Source: Dicyema japonicum (taxonomy: Eukaryota > Animalia > Dicyemida). From it: a DNA stretch of 64,000 nucleotides. Location: NCBI GenBank assembly GCA_011109175.1, contig RDEW01000028.1, positions 277,000 to 340,999 on the forward strand, written 5' to 3'. Positions within the stretch are counted from its first letter, which is position 1. Each line of letters opens with the position of its first letter. The translations under genes and the position numbers were made by a program. The notes under the pieces are model-generated. The model was given only the letters and a program-made list of their open reading frames with translations, did no database searches and was not told the DNA's origin. This document shows positions 62,653 to 64,000 of this stretch, piece after piece.

Positions 62653-63130
62653 TTACTCAAGCCGGGCCTTCCTCCTCTTCTTCTCCTTCTGTCGCATTCG
62701 AAGAGTCCCAAATTGCTTCTTCTTTTGATTTTTCTTTTTCTTCCTGTCTTTACAACCCATCCTCTTCTCTTTAGTTTTAAGTCCAAACTAAAATTAAATC
62801 CTTCTAAAACTCTATTTAGACGGTGGATAGGTTCTATTTTTATGGCATCCTGAGGTTTATCATAAATTAAAGCAAATCCCGTAGTTTTCGTGTTACCGAA
62901 CTGAGTCCTCAGCCCGTAGCAGATAACTCTCTCCTTGACTACTTTGTGCATTTTAGAGAGGTACTCGACGACCTGAAGTCGGGTTGGTGTACCAGTTGTT
63001 GGGTGACGGATAGTAAACATCATTTGCCTCCTATCCAAAAGAGGATTCTTCATTGATCTCTGGGTCGAGATGGTTACTGCTTTATCAGTCTAAATAATTT
63101 TACTACAAAAAGACCAACCAAGACTCCCAT
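62653..63130 (-). CDS. RPS24: 40S ribosomal protein S24 (eS24), 3 exons
   Basis: VTISTQRSMKNPLLDRRQM...GLRTQFGNTKTTGFALIYD...EPIHRL. Intron 63090-63118 and a 23-nt intron near 62787-62809 lead into a Lys-rich tail and TAA. Confidence 0.93.
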
Positions 63131-63189
63131 AAAACACGTTTTTATTTATTGAATTAAAAATAATTTTAACATTTTAATTTAACCAACCA

Positions 63190-64000
63190 GAAAATTAAAT
63201 ATTTAACGATTAGCAACTTTCATCACCTGCCTTTTCACCAGCCTCCACAAAACTCTATAAGTAGAACTGCAGCTTCCTATATACTTATAGCTTACATAGA
63301 TATACCTTTTAGTACTTTGCTGCAATTCCTTCCCACGTCATTACTATTGGAATAACGAGGACCTTGCAACCAAGCATCTGCTACGTCTCGTTTGCAAGTA
63401 AATCATACTTCATTTTTTCTCCACCTCCACAGTCTGCAAACAGACGTAATGCCAACTTATATGATAAGGACTTGGCCAGACTCTTTATCGTGTACTACAA
63501 TGTATGGTTTATTGTGCTTGATTAGCACCGAGGTACGGATAACACTGTCTACTTTGATTTGGACCTTGGTGTTTTCTGCTACAGATTGCACCTTATGAAT
63601 CCGCATTTTCTGGTGTGGCGAATAACATACTTATTGCATAGTGGGATATGAAGGCTCCTCATTACATCGTTATGCCTCCACACATAGTCGTGGCAGAGCA
63701 TGGATCCGTATCAAGTACATAAATGATCAACCGACATGTTCTTTGACTTACAATGAGTGTGAAAAGAAACTGAACGTACTAAAAGCTTATCGGGAATATG
63801 GAAGATCGGTACTCACCTGGTCATGATGAACGTGTACGGAAATTACATCAAGCCATGTTTCTTCCATATCTTGGAAAAATATGAGGAAGATCGAGGAAAT
63901 ACAAAAGAGGGCTTTCAGAGTTAAGGAACGGTGGATTTGTGGATAACATCGAACAGGACCGATTTTTCTGGAGGCCCGACTGGAATCCAAAATGAAAGAA
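63190..64000 (-). mobile_element. R4/Dong-like LINE 3' fragment, homologous to ~540-1100
   Basis: Minus strand shares aaggtgcaatctgtag.aga.aacacca, cctcggtgcta.tcaagcacaataa and gagtctggccaagtccttatcata with 880-1020. Confidence 0.7.

Overview
This is a eukaryotic, AT-rich scaffold window with one 489-N gap (4296-4784). Most of it is degraded transposable elements: several CRE-clade RLE non-LTR retrotransposons (two with an N-terminal PHD finger), RTE-clade LINEs, R4/Dong-like RLE LINEs, I/Jockey-group LINE fragments, and Tigger, Tc1 and hAT transposase relics. Host genes sit in compact islands and are split by tiny (about 21-29 nt) spliceosomal introns, so the ORF track shows them only as fragments. 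Manual splicing recovers ANKRD45, WDR36/UTP21, AMPK-alpha, RPS24, a ZDHHC-like gene whose DHHC motif is replaced by AYHS, and an orphan gene with a signal-peptide-like N-terminus. The intron size plus a cilia-associated, animal-type ANKRD45 suggests a reduced ciliated metazoan such as a dicyemid (inference). Bases 20711-38738 and 38739-51891 form a direct tandem duplication with three large indels. The most novel-looking signal is a set of short non-coding retroposon (SINE-like) families. One has a covarying three-way-junction core and the 3' tail of an I-group LINE. One carries the covarying 3' stem-loop of the local RTE LINEs. One has a tRNA-like head. No prokaryote-type system (CRISPR, retron, DGR) is supported.
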